Assembly (NCBI GenBank): GCA_027023445.1
Contig: JALVVK010000127.1
Location: forward strand, 10,615 to 74,614
Direction of reading: 5' to 3'
Source of the DNA: Deltaproteobacteria bacterium
GTDB taxonomy: Bacteria > Desulfobacterota > Dissulfuribacteria > Dissulfuribacterales > JALVPX01
Length of the DNA: 64,000 nt
The translations under genes were made by a program, and so were the position numbers. How positions within the stretch are numbered: the first letter of the stretch is position 1; each line of letters begins with the position of its first letter. This document shows positions 36,926 through 46,516 of the stretch, one piece after another. Under the pieces are notes generated by a model. That model ran no database searches. It saw only the letters and a list, made by a program, of their open reading frames with translations, and was not told where the DNA came from.

Positions 36926-37180
36926 CCCGGATTATGCAGCTCGTAAGTTTGCCGAAGATGCAAGGCAAAGGGCACGCAGACGTACTTGTATACTTCAACT
37001 GCCCGACAACGCAGCAGATTCGGTAAATTTGCGAGTTCCTTGTGGCTTCAAGTGCCTGAGATGTAACACTGGAGGAAACCGCACCTTTTAGGTTAACAAA
37101 ATATCTGGCTGAATCGCGGCTAACTCTTTAATCATTCGACAAAAATCATTTTCTCAGGCGCTTGAAGTGCATAATCCGGG
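36926..37180 (+). repeat. Family A repeat, full copy (reference copy A1)
   Basis: Termini CCCGGATTATGCA and TGCATAATCCGGG. Helix 1 pairs 36940-36953 with 37022-37035. Helix 2 pairs 37046-37060 with 37153-37167. About 92% identical to 63784-64000. Confidence 0.9.
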
Positions 37181-37349
37181 TTTGAGGTTCAAATTTTGAG
37201 CTTGCTTTCTTCCCCAGGTTACAAGTCACCGCCTCAGCACAAAAGTTTAGATAATCATTTATTGATGAAGCAGAACCTGCGTGTTAGTTTGGATGAAAAA
37301 TTTAATTGTTGAGAACCTACCTTAGGATAGGGGTTCTGAGGAGATATCC

Positions 37350-38777
37350 ATGGATTATGAAGTCGTCATAGGGCTTGAGGTTCACGTACAGCTTAAGACT
37401 GAAAGCAAAATTTTTTGTGGATGCTCCACCACTTTTGGCGCGCCGCCCAACACCCATACATGCCCTGTTTGTCTTGGGATGCCAGGGGTCCTTCCCGTGT
37501 TGAACAGGAACGTGGTGGAATATGCCATGAGGATGGCTCTGGCGACAAATTGCCAGATCGCTCCATACAGCCAGTTTGCCCGGAAAAACTATTTCTATCC
37601 GGATTTGCCCAAAGGGTACCAGATTTCCCAGTATGAATTACCCCTGGCCGAACACGGATGGGTTGAAATCGACTTGAACGGACAGACCAAACGTATCGGA
37701 ATTACCCGAATACATCTTGAAGAGGATGCGGGAAAACTTATACATGATGAAAACAGGCCGGTCAGCTATGTCGACCTTAACCGCACAGGGGTGCCGCTGA
37801 TTGAGATTGTCAGCGAGCCTGACATGAGGGATCCCGAAGAGGCGGGAGCATACCTTAAAAAATTGCGCCAGCTTGTTCGTTACCTGGGAATAAGTGATGG
37901 CAACATGGAGGAAGGGAGCCTCCGGTGCGACGCAAATATATCCCTCAGGCCCAGGGGCCAGGATGAACTTGGCGTCAAATCCGAACTCAAGAACATGAAT
38001 TCCTTTCGCCATGTGCAGAAGGCCCTGGAATATGAAATAAGACGTCAGAGCGCCCTTTTAATGGATAACCGGAAGGTTGTCCAGGAAACCCGGCTGTGGG
38101 ACCATGGCAGAGGCGTCACCGTAGCCATGAGAGGCAAGGAGGAGGCGCATGATTACCGGTATTTCCCCGATCCCGATCTGGTGCCGGTCAGGATTGAAGA
38201 CCAATGGCTGGAATCCGTTAAAAAAAGCCTGCCTGAGCTCCCTGATATAAAAAGAGAAAGATTTGTCAGGGAATACGGCCTGCCCGCCTACGACGCGGGA
38301 GTTCTCACATCTTCCCGTTCCATGGCCGATTATTTTGAATCATGCGTAAAGGCGTTTCCCAGGCCTAAGACAGTCAGCAACTGGATAATGGTGGAACTGA
38401 TCCGGCTTCTGAAGCAGGACAACAGGGAAATCAGCGCATGCCCGGTCAGCGCGGACCATCTGGCAGGACTCCTGAAGTTGCTGGAAAAAGGAACCATCAG
38501 TGGCAAAATGGCCAAGGATGTACTGGAGCAGGCATACAGCACAGGCACTTCTCCTGAAGAAATAGTGAGGGAACAAGGCCTTGCCCAGGTAAGCGATGAG
38601 GCCACGCTCAGGGCTGTTATCCAGGAGGTCATAGACGACTGTCCACAGGAAGTGGAAAAATACCGGGCAGGCAAACACAAAATTCTGGGGTTCCTGGTTG
38701 GCCAGGTAATGAAACGGACAAAGGGCAAGGCCAATCCCCAGAAGGTCAACGCCCTTTTAAGGGAGTTGCTGGGATAG
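37350..38777 (+). CDS. gatB: Asp/Glu-tRNA(Asn/Gln) amidotransferase subunit B
   Basis: [15 protein letters not shown]... and a C-terminal YqeY-like tail. 475 aa. Confidence 0.95.
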   Translation: MDYEVVIGLEVHVQLKTESKIFCGCSTTFGAPPNTHTCPVCLGMPGVLPVLNRNVVEYAMRMALATNCQIAPYSQFARKNYFYPDLPKGYQISQYELPLAEHGWVEIDLNGQTKRIGITRIHLEEDAGKLIHDENRPVSYVDLNRTGVPLIEIVSEPDMRDPEEAGAYLKKLRQLVRYLGISDGNMEEGSLRCDANISLRPRGQDELGVKSELKNMNSFRHVQKALEYEIRRQSALLMDNRKVVQETRLWDHGRGVTVAMRGKEEAHDYRYFPDPDLVPVRIEDQWLESVKKSLPELPDIKRERFVREYGLPAYDAGVLTSSRSMADYFESCVKAFPRPKTVSNWIMVELIRLLKQDNREISACPVSADHLAGLLKLLEKGTISGKMAKDVLEQAYSTGTSPEEIVREQGLAQVSDEATLRAVIQEVIDDCPQEVEKYRAGKHKILGFLVGQVMKRTKGKANPQKVNALLRELLG

Positions 38778-38779
38778 AA

Positions 38780-39883
38780 ATGGATGCCAATCAATATCAG
38801 GACCCTGTTGAGCTTTTATCCGCAAAGGGTGGTTCCTCTGTTGTGCCATTGCGATGGCAGGGCGGAAACCTTTATCTTCTGGACCAGAGGCTGCTGCCTT
38901 ACGAAGAGGTCTGGCTGCAATATTCAAGGCCTGAGCAGGTAGCCTGCGCGATAACCGATCTGGTAGTCAGGGGCGCGCCGGCAATCGGCATAACAGCGGC
39001 CCTTGGCATGGTCCTGGCCGCAATGTGTCTCAAGGAAGAAAAAGAAGACCTGCTTCGGGATAAATGGCTCGGGCATGCGGAGCGGATGATCAGTGCCCGG
39101 CCTACCGCGGTCAACCTGGCCTGGGCGGTGAAGCGGATGAAGAGGGCCTTTGACGTCTTCATGGAGGAATCTTCCACCTCCGGACTTTCCGGACTTGTAA
39201 AACGTCTGGAGCGGGAGGCAATGTCTATCTGGCTTGAGGATGTCAGGGCCAATCTTACCATGGGTGAGCATGGCCAGGCACTATTTCCCGAGGAGGGCGG
39301 TGTGCTTACACACTGCAATGCGGGTGCGCTGGCTACCGGTGGCTATGGCACGGCCTTGGGGGTCATAAGGGCCGCAATTGCCAATGGTAAAAAGATACAT
39401 GTGGTAGCTGACGAAACCAGGCCATGGCTTCAGGGGGCAAGGCTCACCGCGTACGAACTGGCAAAGGATCACATTCCGGTTACCCTGACAGTGGACAGCG
39501 CGTCAGGGCTTCTTATGCGAAAAGGGATGATCCGTGCGGTAATAGTTGGAGCGGACAGGATCGCGGCCAACGGTGATGTGGCCAATAAGATCGGGACCTA
39601 TAATGTCGCCGAACTTGCAAGGGCCAACGGTATTCCGTTCTTTGTAGCGGCCCCTACCTCTACCCTGGACCTGGACACCCCTGGAGGAGATGAGATCCCC
39701 ATAGAAGAACGTCCTCCTGAAGAAATAACTACCATAGCGGGAAAGATATTTACCGTCCCTGAGGCAAGAGTGTATAATCCCGTATTCGACATTACTCCCA
39801 ACAACCTGATCTCGGCCATAATCACCGAGAAAGGTGTGCTTACACCTCCCTATGGACCAGCCATCTCAGCCTGCATGTCTTAA
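38780..39883 (+). CDS. mtnA: S-methyl-5-thioribose-1-phosphate isomerase (eIF-2B alpha/beta/delta family)
   Basis: LYLLDQRLLPYEE...VVRGAPAIGITAA...TRPWLQGARLTAYEL...GADRIAANGDVANKIGTY. Confidence 0.88.
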   Translation: MDANQYQDPVELLSAKGGSSVVPLRWQGGNLYLLDQRLLPYEEVWLQYSRPEQVACAITDLVVRGAPAIGITAALGMVLAAMCLKEEKEDLLRDKWLGHAERMISARPTAVNLAWAVKRMKRAFDVFMEESSTSGLSGLVKRLEREAMSIWLEDVRANLTMGEHGQALFPEEGGVLTHCNAGALATGGYGTALGVIRAAIANGKKIHVVADETRPWLQGARLTAYELAKDHIPVTLTVDSASGLLMRKGMIRAVIVGADRIAANGDVANKIGTYNVAELARANGIPFFVAAPTSTLDLDTPGGDEIPIEERPPEEITTIAGKIFTVPEARVYNPVFDITPNNLISAIITEKGVLTPPYGPAISACMS

Positions 39884-39896
39884 CCATCTGATCCAG

Positions 39897-40802
39897 ATGG
39901 TATCAAATTTTTTCGATGCCCACACGGCAGCCCTTTTGATGGCCAACCATGACAGATCTGTCCTGAGGCTCACCGCGTGGGAGACACTGAGCCCACACCT
40001 TGTGCCGGGCTGTGAGATCAAAACAGGCCAGGGATTGATTGGCTGGGTGGCAAAGGAAGGGAAAAACCTGCACGTTACAAGGTTTTCAAGAGATACGAAA
40101 ACCCTTGGAATTTACAGTGAAGACGCGCACATCAAGGCCTTTCTTGCCGCGCCCCTGCCAGGCTCACGCGGCGTTATCATGGTAGACAGCAAAAACCGTT
40201 ACGCCTTTCCGGAAAAGAAGCAACGCATTCTGAACAACTGCGCCCAGGTAGCCCTGGTTTTATACTCTTCCCTGGTGCATGAAGAAGAACTTAATTTCTA
40301 CAGGGCATGCCACCAATGGATGACCACGGAATTCCCTGGGCCGGAATCGGCCTTAAATGGTCTTTTAAGGCTTTTGGGAATGCGGTCCGGCCTGGTCATT
40401 TTCAAACCCAATAACATTGAACGGCTTGAGATAGCGGCGTTGATCCATCCTGCCGGGACTGGCAAATTCAAAAAGGGGATGATAATAAAACAGATGAATG
40501 GGCTTGCCGCCTGGATTCTGGCGCACAAACAGGACATTTTATTAGACAGGCCAGGGGCTGATCACCACAAGTCGTTCATACTTTATCCGGATGAGCCCAT
40601 TGAACGTGGATCCGTGGTTGTGGGACTTTTTCAACCGGCAAGGTGCGGTTCTTTCGCATGGATACTCACAGGGGACAAAAAAACAAGGGGGCTGCCCAAA
40701 GGCGTACTGGACCTTTTGGCAGCCAACCTGAAGGCCCGGTTTTTCCACATGGGATCTGACGTTAAGGCTCATGGGGCATGGTGTAAAACCCACAGGCCAT
40801 AG
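39897..40802 (+). CDS. GAF-domain protein
   Basis: GQGLIGWVAKEGKNLHV...IKAFLAAPLP is the GAF core. A second GAF-like half is possible. I prefer the ATG at 39897. Confidence 0.6.
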   Translation: MVSNFFDAHTAALLMANHDRSVLRLTAWETLSPHLVPGCEIKTGQGLIGWVAKEGKNLHVTRFSRDTKTLGIYSEDAHIKAFLAAPLPGSRGVIMVDSKNRYAFPEKKQRILNNCAQVALVLYSSLVHEEELNFYRACHQWMTTEFPGPESALNGLLRLLGMRSGLVIFKPNNIERLEIAALIHPAGTGKFKKGMIIKQMNGLAAWILAHKQDILLDRPGADHHKSFILYPDEPIERGSVVVGLFQPARCGSFAWILTGDKKTRGLPKGVLDLLAANLKARFFHMGSDVKAHGAWCKTHRP

Positions 40803-40918
40803 CTCATAATCATGGGAGGGCAGAGGATGGTTACAAACAAAAGATCTAATTTTTTGCCTGCTGTAATTCATCACTTACCTTCCAATATTCAATATTTCCG
40901 TGTTCAAGAGTTCTTGCT

Positions 40919-41941
40919 GTGAAAAAGCTGAAAAAGTATATAAAACAAGATCTTGCGATGGATCTGGGTACTGCAAACACCCTTATTTATCTGCAGGATG
41001 AAGGCATAGTGCTGAATGAGCCAACGGTCATAGCCTTAAACCAGTATGGATCGATACTGAAAGTAGGCGCGGATGCCAAGGCCTATCTGGGAAAGACCCC
41101 AGAGGGCCTGAGGGCCGTGCGGCCATTAAAAGACGGTGTAATAGAAGATTTTGAGGCTGCCTCATTGCTTATTCAATCTTTTTTGTCCATGGCCAAGGAA
41201 CGCAGAGGCATCCTGTCGCCTCGGGTGGTCATTTGCGTGCCTTCCAATATTACCCAGGTGGAAAAAAGATCCGTTATGGAGGCGGCAAGGGCCGCAAGGG
41301 TCAGGAAGATCTATTTACTGGAGGAGGTGATGGCCGCGGCTATTGGCGCCGGCCTCCCCATATATGAAAACCGTCCAATGATGATAGTGGATATCGGTGG
41401 GGGCACCACGGAGGTCGCGGTAATCTCCAGAGGGGCATACATATGCGCTGAAGCTATCAGGGTTGCGGGTGATGAAATGGACGAGGCGATAAGAAGGTGG
41501 TTTGTCTCTTGCCGTTCCATGGATCTCGGCATAAATACCGCGGAAAGGGTAAAGTGGACCGTGGGAGCGGCGATGGAGGATTCTTCATGGCAGGACCTTG
41601 AAATGGATGTGTATGGCAAGGACATTAGAAGCGGAATTCCCCAAAGCGTGACTGTCACGGCCAGGGATTTGATCCCTGCATTTTCAGAGCCGGTACAGGC
41701 CATCGTGGACCTCATATCAGATACCTTAAATGGATTGGACCCGGTTGTGATGAAATCAATCATGTCAGTGGGAATCACACTTACAGGAGGCGGTTCACAG
41801 CTGAGAGGGCTTGCTGATCTACTGGGGCAGGCTGTGGGCACCAGCGTTCATATGGCAGAAGAACCTCTGACCAGTGTGGTTAAAGGAGCGGGCAAGACAG
41901 TCCAGGATTTCAAGAAATACAAAAACGTATTTATTAACTAA
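40919..41941 (+). CDS. mreB: MreB-family actin-like protein (orphan paralog, no mreCD)
   Basis: DLAMDLGTANTLIYL...NEPTVIAL...VVICVPSNITQVEKRSV...DIGGGTTEVAVIS...LTGGGSQLRGL. GTG start. Confidence 0.88.
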   Translation: MKKLKKYIKQDLAMDLGTANTLIYLQDEGIVLNEPTVIALNQYGSILKVGADAKAYLGKTPEGLRAVRPLKDGVIEDFEAASLLIQSFLSMAKERRGILSPRVVICVPSNITQVEKRSVMEAARAARVRKIYLLEEVMAAAIGAGLPIYENRPMMIVDIGGGTTEVAVISRGAYICAEAIRVAGDEMDEAIRRWFVSCRSMDLGINTAERVKWTVGAAMEDSSWQDLEMDVYGKDIRSGIPQSVTVTARDLIPAFSEPVQAIVDLISDTLNGLDPVVMKSIMSVGITLTGGGSQLRGLADLLGQAVGTSVHMAEEPLTSVVKGAGKTVQDFKKYKNVFIN

Positions 41942-41943
41942 AC

Positions 41944-42190
41944 CTTCATGCTAAGTGGTGTTTCGCACCCCGGAGCATGAAAATGTTGAATGATAAATGG
42001 TGAATTGTAAATTGCGGCAAACAAATTTTTATTAAATTCAGAAGGATATAATAACTTAACACCTTAACTTAACATTCAGGATTTACCATTTAACATTGTA
42101 TTTTCAATGCGCTTCTGGGAACATTTTGTTTTTTGTCCATGTACGTCCTTGTGTATTAATGACCAATCAAAAAATGCATTCTGGAATAAA
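41944..42190 (+). repeat. Family B repeat, longest composite copy (reference copy B1)
   Basis: Hairpin TTCATGCT/AGCATGAA (41945-41981). An internal inverted repeat pairs 41975-42005 with 42075-42110. TTAACAC modules are present. The right module 42131-42190 is shared with 16966-17026. Confidence 0.8.
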
Positions 42191-42192
42191 TC

Positions 42193-43053
42193 ATGAGAAG
42201 ACTTGATCTATATCTTGCCGGGGTTAAAGACGCCAGGTGCAGAAAATATCTCTCAGTGGCAGGCGCTGCCGCCTTGAAGGCAGGGGGCGTGCTGAAGGGC
42301 CTTTACGGGCAGCCTCATCAAATCAGGCACAAGGGAGAGATAGACCTGGTTACTGAGGCAGACGTCGCCTCTGAGAAAACAGTGATAGAAATCTGTTCAC
42401 AGGGGCTTCCAGAGGCGGAAATACTGGCCGAAGAATCAAATTCTGACTCTGACTATGCGGGTGTGCCCGGCAATCTGACATGGATTGTTGATCCTTTGGA
42501 CGGCACCACCAATTTTGCCCACGGGTTTCCGTGGTTCTGTGTATCCATTGCCCTGGCAGCCCGGGGCAAAATCGTGGCAGGGGTAATATATGCCCCGGTT
42601 TTTGATGATTTTTTTTGCGCCTGCCGGGGTTACGGGGCATGTCTTAATGGTGCCCCGATAAATGTTTCAGAAGAATCCGGGCTCTCCGGATCCCTTGTGG
42701 CAACGGGTTTTCCATATGACATCCACAGGCATCCCCGGCCGGTGATGCGGGCACTTGAAGCCATGATAGTAAAGGCCCAGGGCATAAGGAGGGCAGGGGC
42801 CGCCGCCATGGACCTGGCATATGTTGCCTGCGGCAGGCTTGATGGTTTCTGGGAAATAAAACTCAAGCCATGGGACACGGCGGCAGGCCAGCTTCTGGTG
42901 GAAGAGGCTGGAGGCAAGGTTACAGACCTAAGCGGCCGGAATTACAATCCTTTTATCCCTGAAATCCTGGCATCCAACGGGAAAATCCACGCCGCGATGA
43001 CAGACGCATTGCGACCTTTCAGCTCAGCACACATGCAAGGTGAAGTCAGATGA
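42193..43053 (+). CDS. suhB: Inositol monophosphatase family protein
   Basis: [20 protein letters not shown] and WDTAAG motifs. Confidence 0.88.
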   Translation: MRRLDLYLAGVKDARCRKYLSVAGAAALKAGGVLKGLYGQPHQIRHKGEIDLVTEADVASEKTVIEICSQGLPEAEILAEESNSDSDYAGVPGNLTWIVDPLDGTTNFAHGFPWFCVSIALAARGKIVAGVIYAPVFDDFFCACRGYGACLNGAPINVSEESGLSGSLVATGFPYDIHRHPRPVMRALEAMIVKAQGIRRAGAAAMDLAYVACGRLDGFWEIKLKPWDTAAGQLLVEEAGGKVTDLSGRNYNPFIPEILASNGKIHAAMTDALRPFSSAHMQGEVR

Positions 43054-43523
43054 GCACTTACGAGGAAATTACGTGTCCTGCCTGTGGACACAAAATAAAG
43101 CGGTATTCAAACCCGATTCCCACGGTAGATATCATAATCGAGGTAAAAGACGGCATCGTTCTGATTCTGAGGAAAAATCCACCTCATGGATGGGCCATAC
43201 CAGGCGGTTTTGTAGACTATGGGGAGAATCTTGAACAGGCAGCCCGTCGGGAGGCCAAAGAGGAAACAGGCCTGGACGTGGAACTTGTCTGTCAGCTTGG
43301 CACCTATTCCGATCCTTCCAGGGATCCACGTCATCATACGATAAGCACGGTATTTGTGGCATCTGCCAGGGGAGTCCCCAGGGGAGGCGATGACGCGCTG
43401 AAGGCAAAGGCATTCAGCCTTGATCAGATCCCCAGGAATTTAACCTTTGATCACGGCAAAATTCTCAGGGATTATATGGAATTCAAACAAGGGAAAAGAG
43501 GAGCCTGCGGACCGCAGGGATAA
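43050..43523 (+). CDS. Nudix hydrolase with N-terminal zinc ribbon
   Basis: CPACGHK, then Nudix box [28 protein letters not shown] overlap with suhB. Confidence 0.85.
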   Translation: MSTYEEITCPACGHKIKRYSNPIPTVDIIIEVKDGIVLILRKNPPHGWAIPGGFVDYGENLEQAARREAKEETGLDVELVCQLGTYSDPSRDPRHHTISTVFVASARGVPRGGDDALKAKAFSLDQIPRNLTFDHGKILRDYMEFKQGKRGACGPQG

Positions 43524-43525
43524 AA

Positions 43526-44512
43526 TCACCTATCCTTTCCTATTGCTCCGTGCACGACTACCCTGTTGCCTCCGGTTTTTTTGGCAGCATACATGGCGTC
43601 ATCGGCCTGGTGGACCAGACGGTTCAGTTTATCCCTTAATTTTTCAGAGGTGTTCTCAAATTTGGCAATCCCTATGCTCAGGGATGTGCCAGCCACGTTG
43701 CTGAGACCATGATATTTTTTCCTTATACGTTCCGCAATCTGTTCAACCTGGTCATCCGTTGCCTGCGGGACAATCACCGTAAATTCATCCCCCCCGTATC
43801 TGAAGGGTGTGTCCACATGATGCCTGGTGGAACTGGTCAACACCCCGGCCATAACCTTCAGGACCTTGTCACCTTCCGTATGGCCCAGAGTGTCGTTTAC
43901 TTCCTTGAAATTGTCCAGATCAATCATAAGCAGGAAAAGTGGGTAATTCTGCCTTGAGGCCCTCTCTGCCTCCTCTTCCAGGCGCTGCTCAAAAAAACGT
44001 CTGTTGTAAAGATCGGTCAACGGATCCCTTACAGACAGGCGACGCAACATGGATCTTAAGGCCCTTTCTCGGATTATTCTGTTGAGCTTTGCCTCGAATT
44101 CATCCAGATTAAAGGGTTTTTTAATAAAATCACTCGCTCCTGCCCCGATTACATCAGTATAGGTGAACTCTCTGCCATAGCCGGTCATGACAAGGATATC
44201 CGTGTTAGGCCACTTTTTTTTGACCTTTTTCATAAGGCTCATTCCATCAAGCCTGGGCATTATCAAATCGGTTACAAGAATGGTACAGGGAGCCTGCTCC
44301 AGAAGGGACATGGCCTCTTTGCCATCTGCGGCACTCCGGTATCTGTACCCCAGCCTCGTACAGAACTCCTTCAGCAAGGCAAGTATGGTTGGATCATCAT
44401 CCACGATGAGAAGACGCTGGGATTCGATAAGAGGTATCTCCAATGACTGCATGTATTTTTTTTCAGATAAATTGTTTTTATCAAACGGACACATAAAAAA
44501 CCAACCGGACAT
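43526..44512 (-). CDS. Response regulator receiver plus GGDEF diguanylate cyclase
   Basis: LLIVDDDP...VTDLIMPRLDG receiver and RYGGDEF active-site motif. The start is uncertain (44512 or 44452). Confidence 0.88.
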   Translation of the reverse strand: MSGWFFMCPFDKNNLSEKKYMQSLEIPLIESQRLLIVDDDPTILALLKEFCTRLGYRYRSAADGKEAMSLLEQAPCTILVTDLIMPRLDGMSLMKKVKKKWPNTDILVMTGYGREFTYTDVIGAGASDFIKKPFNLDEFEAKLNRIIRERALRSMLRRLSVRDPLTDLYNRRFFEQRLEEEAERASRQNYPLFLLMIDLDNFKEVNDTLGHTEGDKVLKVMAGVLTSSTRHHVDTPFRYGGDEFTVIVPQATDDQVEQIAERIRKKYHGLSNVAGTSLSIGIAKFENTSEKLRDKLNRLVHQADDAMYAAKKTGGNRVVVHGAIGKDR

Positions 44513-44834
44513 CTAAGCCGTTAAGACATTCGCAGGGCTTGCCCTGACGGCCGTTCTATAAATCATAAAATGGAATTATAGGCACATTCAATCTATTTTA
44601 ATAATATACAGACAGTTATTATATCTCAAGCTAAAATCTTCCCGGCGCATCTCCATAAGTGTCAAAAAAATGTCACAAATTATTTGACAGGGTCCAAACG
44701 TCTAATTACTTATTATTATGTGTATGAATCTAAAGCCAGATCATGTATTTTAAATGCCAAACAACATTTATTTTGATGAGGCGCATCTTTTACCGTTAAA
44801 ATATAACACTGAATGGTAATTTCTGAATATTAAA

Positions 44835-44960
44835 TTAAGGTGCCAAGTTGTTATCTCTTTCTGAATTTAATAAAAACTTATTTACCGCAATTTGCAATTC
44901 AACTTTTATCATTCAACATTTTCATGCTCTGGGATGGAAACATCGCCTGGCATGAATGCC
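44835..44960 (-). repeat. Family B repeat, inverted copy of the left ~125 nt of B1
   Basis: The reverse complement reads GGCATTCATGCCAGGCGATGTTTCCATCCCAGAGCATGAAAATGTTGAATGATAAAAGTTGAATTGCAAATTGCGGTAAA... and aligns with 41944-42070. Confidence 0.8.
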
Positions 44961-44979
44961 TGGGGGGGGGAAAAAAATC

Positions 44980-46431
44980 ATGTTAAACGAGTCTATCTTG
45001 GTGGTAGACGATGCCCCTGATATCAGGGCTGGCATGGCCGAAATATTAAAAAATGCCGGTTACCATGTTGATACTGCATCTGATGGCCAGGAGGCCATAG
45101 AAAAGCTGGACGACCGTTTTTTCGACGTAGTTCTCACCGACCTCGCAATGCCAAGGAAAAACGGCATGGATGTGCTCAATTTCCTGAAAAAACATTCTCC
45201 AGAATCGGTCTGCATTATCATTACTGGATACGGTACCATAAAAGGCGCAGTGGACGCCATGAAGAAAGGGGCCTTTGATTATCTTACCAAGCCCGTAAAG
45301 GCGGAAGAGGTCCTTATAGTGATCCAGAAGGCGCTGGATGTCAGACAGCTCAAAAGGGAAAACCTGTCTCTCAAGCAGGAATTGATACATATCTATGGCT
45401 TTGACCGTATCGTCGGCAAAAGCAAGGCCATGCAAAAGGTCTTTCAACTTATAGAAAAGGTCGCATCCACTGACAGCACGGTTCTGATTACAGGGGAAAG
45501 CGGTACGGGCAAGGAACTTATTGCTCATGCCATCCATTTTGCGAGCAACCGTAAGGACAGGCCGTTTGTTCCGGTTAATTGCGCAGCCATTCCCGAAGAA
45601 CTCCTGGAAAGCGAGATCTTCGGACATGAAAAAGGCGCCTTTACCCACGCCATCAAGACCAGGATCGGCAGATTTGAACTGGCGGACAAGGGCACTATTT
45701 TTCTTGATGAAATAGGGGAAATGAGTCCTGCCCTGCAGGTAAAACTACTGAGGGTTCTCCAGGAACGCAAATTTGAAAGGGTCGGTGGAGTCAAAACCAT
45801 CCGGGTAGACATCAGGGTTATCGCGGCCACAAATGTTGATCTCGAAAAGGCCGTGAGGGAGAACCGTTTCAGAGAAGATCTCTACTACCGGCTGAACGTG
45901 ATTCCGATTCATATACCTCCCCTGCGCGAAAGACGTTCCGACATTCCACTTCTGATAAAGCACTTTATGAAAAAGTTTTGTGCGGACAAACGTACACTTG
46001 TACAGGACATTGATCAGGAGGCGATGGAATGCATGACGTCATATGCATGGCCAGGGAATGTCCGGGAGCTGGAAAATATTATTGAGAGAATGGCAATACT
46101 TGCTAATGGTCCGACCATCACAATAGACGATCTGCCGGAAAGAATCGTGGGGAAGCGAAGAGGTGGCGGTTATGCGCTGGCAGGAGACATTCAAAACCTG
46201 GCCATGCTTGCCGAAGAGGGTTTTTCTCTCAGTTCCGCAGTAGAGCAATTCGAGAAAACCCTGATTCTCCAAGCGCTTGATAAAACAGGCTGGGTTAAAA
46301 ATCGTGCGGCCAAACTGCTAAAAATGAACAGAACCACTCTGATAGAAAAGATGAAAAAACAAAAACTTATGACCCCTAAAAAGAAATCGGCCAAGGGTAC
46401 TGACAAAAAAGCGGTATCTACAGTAAATTAG
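44980..46431 (+). CDS. Sigma-54-dependent response regulator (NtrC/AtoC family)
   Basis: Receiver (VVDDAP...LTDLAMPRKNG), AAA+ domain with GESGTGKE and a GAFTHA variant of GAFTGA, and a C-terminal Fis-type HTH. I prefer the ATG at 44980. Confidence 0.92.
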   Translation: MLNESILVVDDAPDIRAGMAEILKNAGYHVDTASDGQEAIEKLDDRFFDVVLTDLAMPRKNGMDVLNFLKKHSPESVCIIITGYGTIKGAVDAMKKGAFDYLTKPVKAEEVLIVIQKALDVRQLKRENLSLKQELIHIYGFDRIVGKSKAMQKVFQLIEKVASTDSTVLITGESGTGKELIAHAIHFASNRKDRPFVPVNCAAIPEELLESEIFGHEKGAFTHAIKTRIGRFELADKGTIFLDEIGEMSPALQVKLLRVLQERKFERVGGVKTIRVDIRVIAATNVDLEKAVRENRFREDLYYRLNVIPIHIPPLRERRSDIPLLIKHFMKKFCADKRTLVQDIDQEAMECMTSYAWPGNVRELENIIERMAILANGPTITIDDLPERIVGKRRGGGYALAGDIQNLAMLAEEGFSLSSAVEQFEKTLILQALDKTGWVKNRAAKLLKMNRTTLIEKMKKQKLMTPKKKSAKGTDKKAVSTVN

Positions 46432-46516
46432 AGGAAATTAAAGGAAAGATCTGCTGTCCGGGGCGACGGTGCCCCGACAAAAAATATGCGAAAACAGGAG
46501 ATTTAGAAGGCCAGAC

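Noticed and set aside
36909-37091. Small ORFs inside family A copies (36909-37091, 60 aa; 63743-63949, 68 aa; 14343-14615 minus strand, 90 aa). They share the peptide PDYAARKFAEDARRRARRRTC..., and several A1/A2 differences are synonymous.
   Set aside because: The start codons and N-termini lie outside the repeat and differ between copies. There is no conserved RBS. In copy A3 indels break the frame after about 20 codons. Several of the apparently synonymous changes are the compensatory helix substitutions. The nucleotide-level repeat explains the shared peptide.
44835-44855. TTGGCACC on the minus strand, considered as a sigma-54 -24 element near the sigma-54 activator gene.
   Set aside because: There is no TTGC -12 element at the required spacing (TGGCAC-CTTAA-TTTA). 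The corresponding position in the homologous repeat copy at 42054-42070 reads TTAACACC, so the GG is a copy-specific substitution within a repeat.
46459-46476. Hairpin CGGGGC-GACGGT-GCCCCG after the NtrC-type gene, considered as a terminator.
   Set aside because: It is followed by an A-run, not a T-run, on the relevant strand. The stem is only 6 bp, so it is too weak to call.
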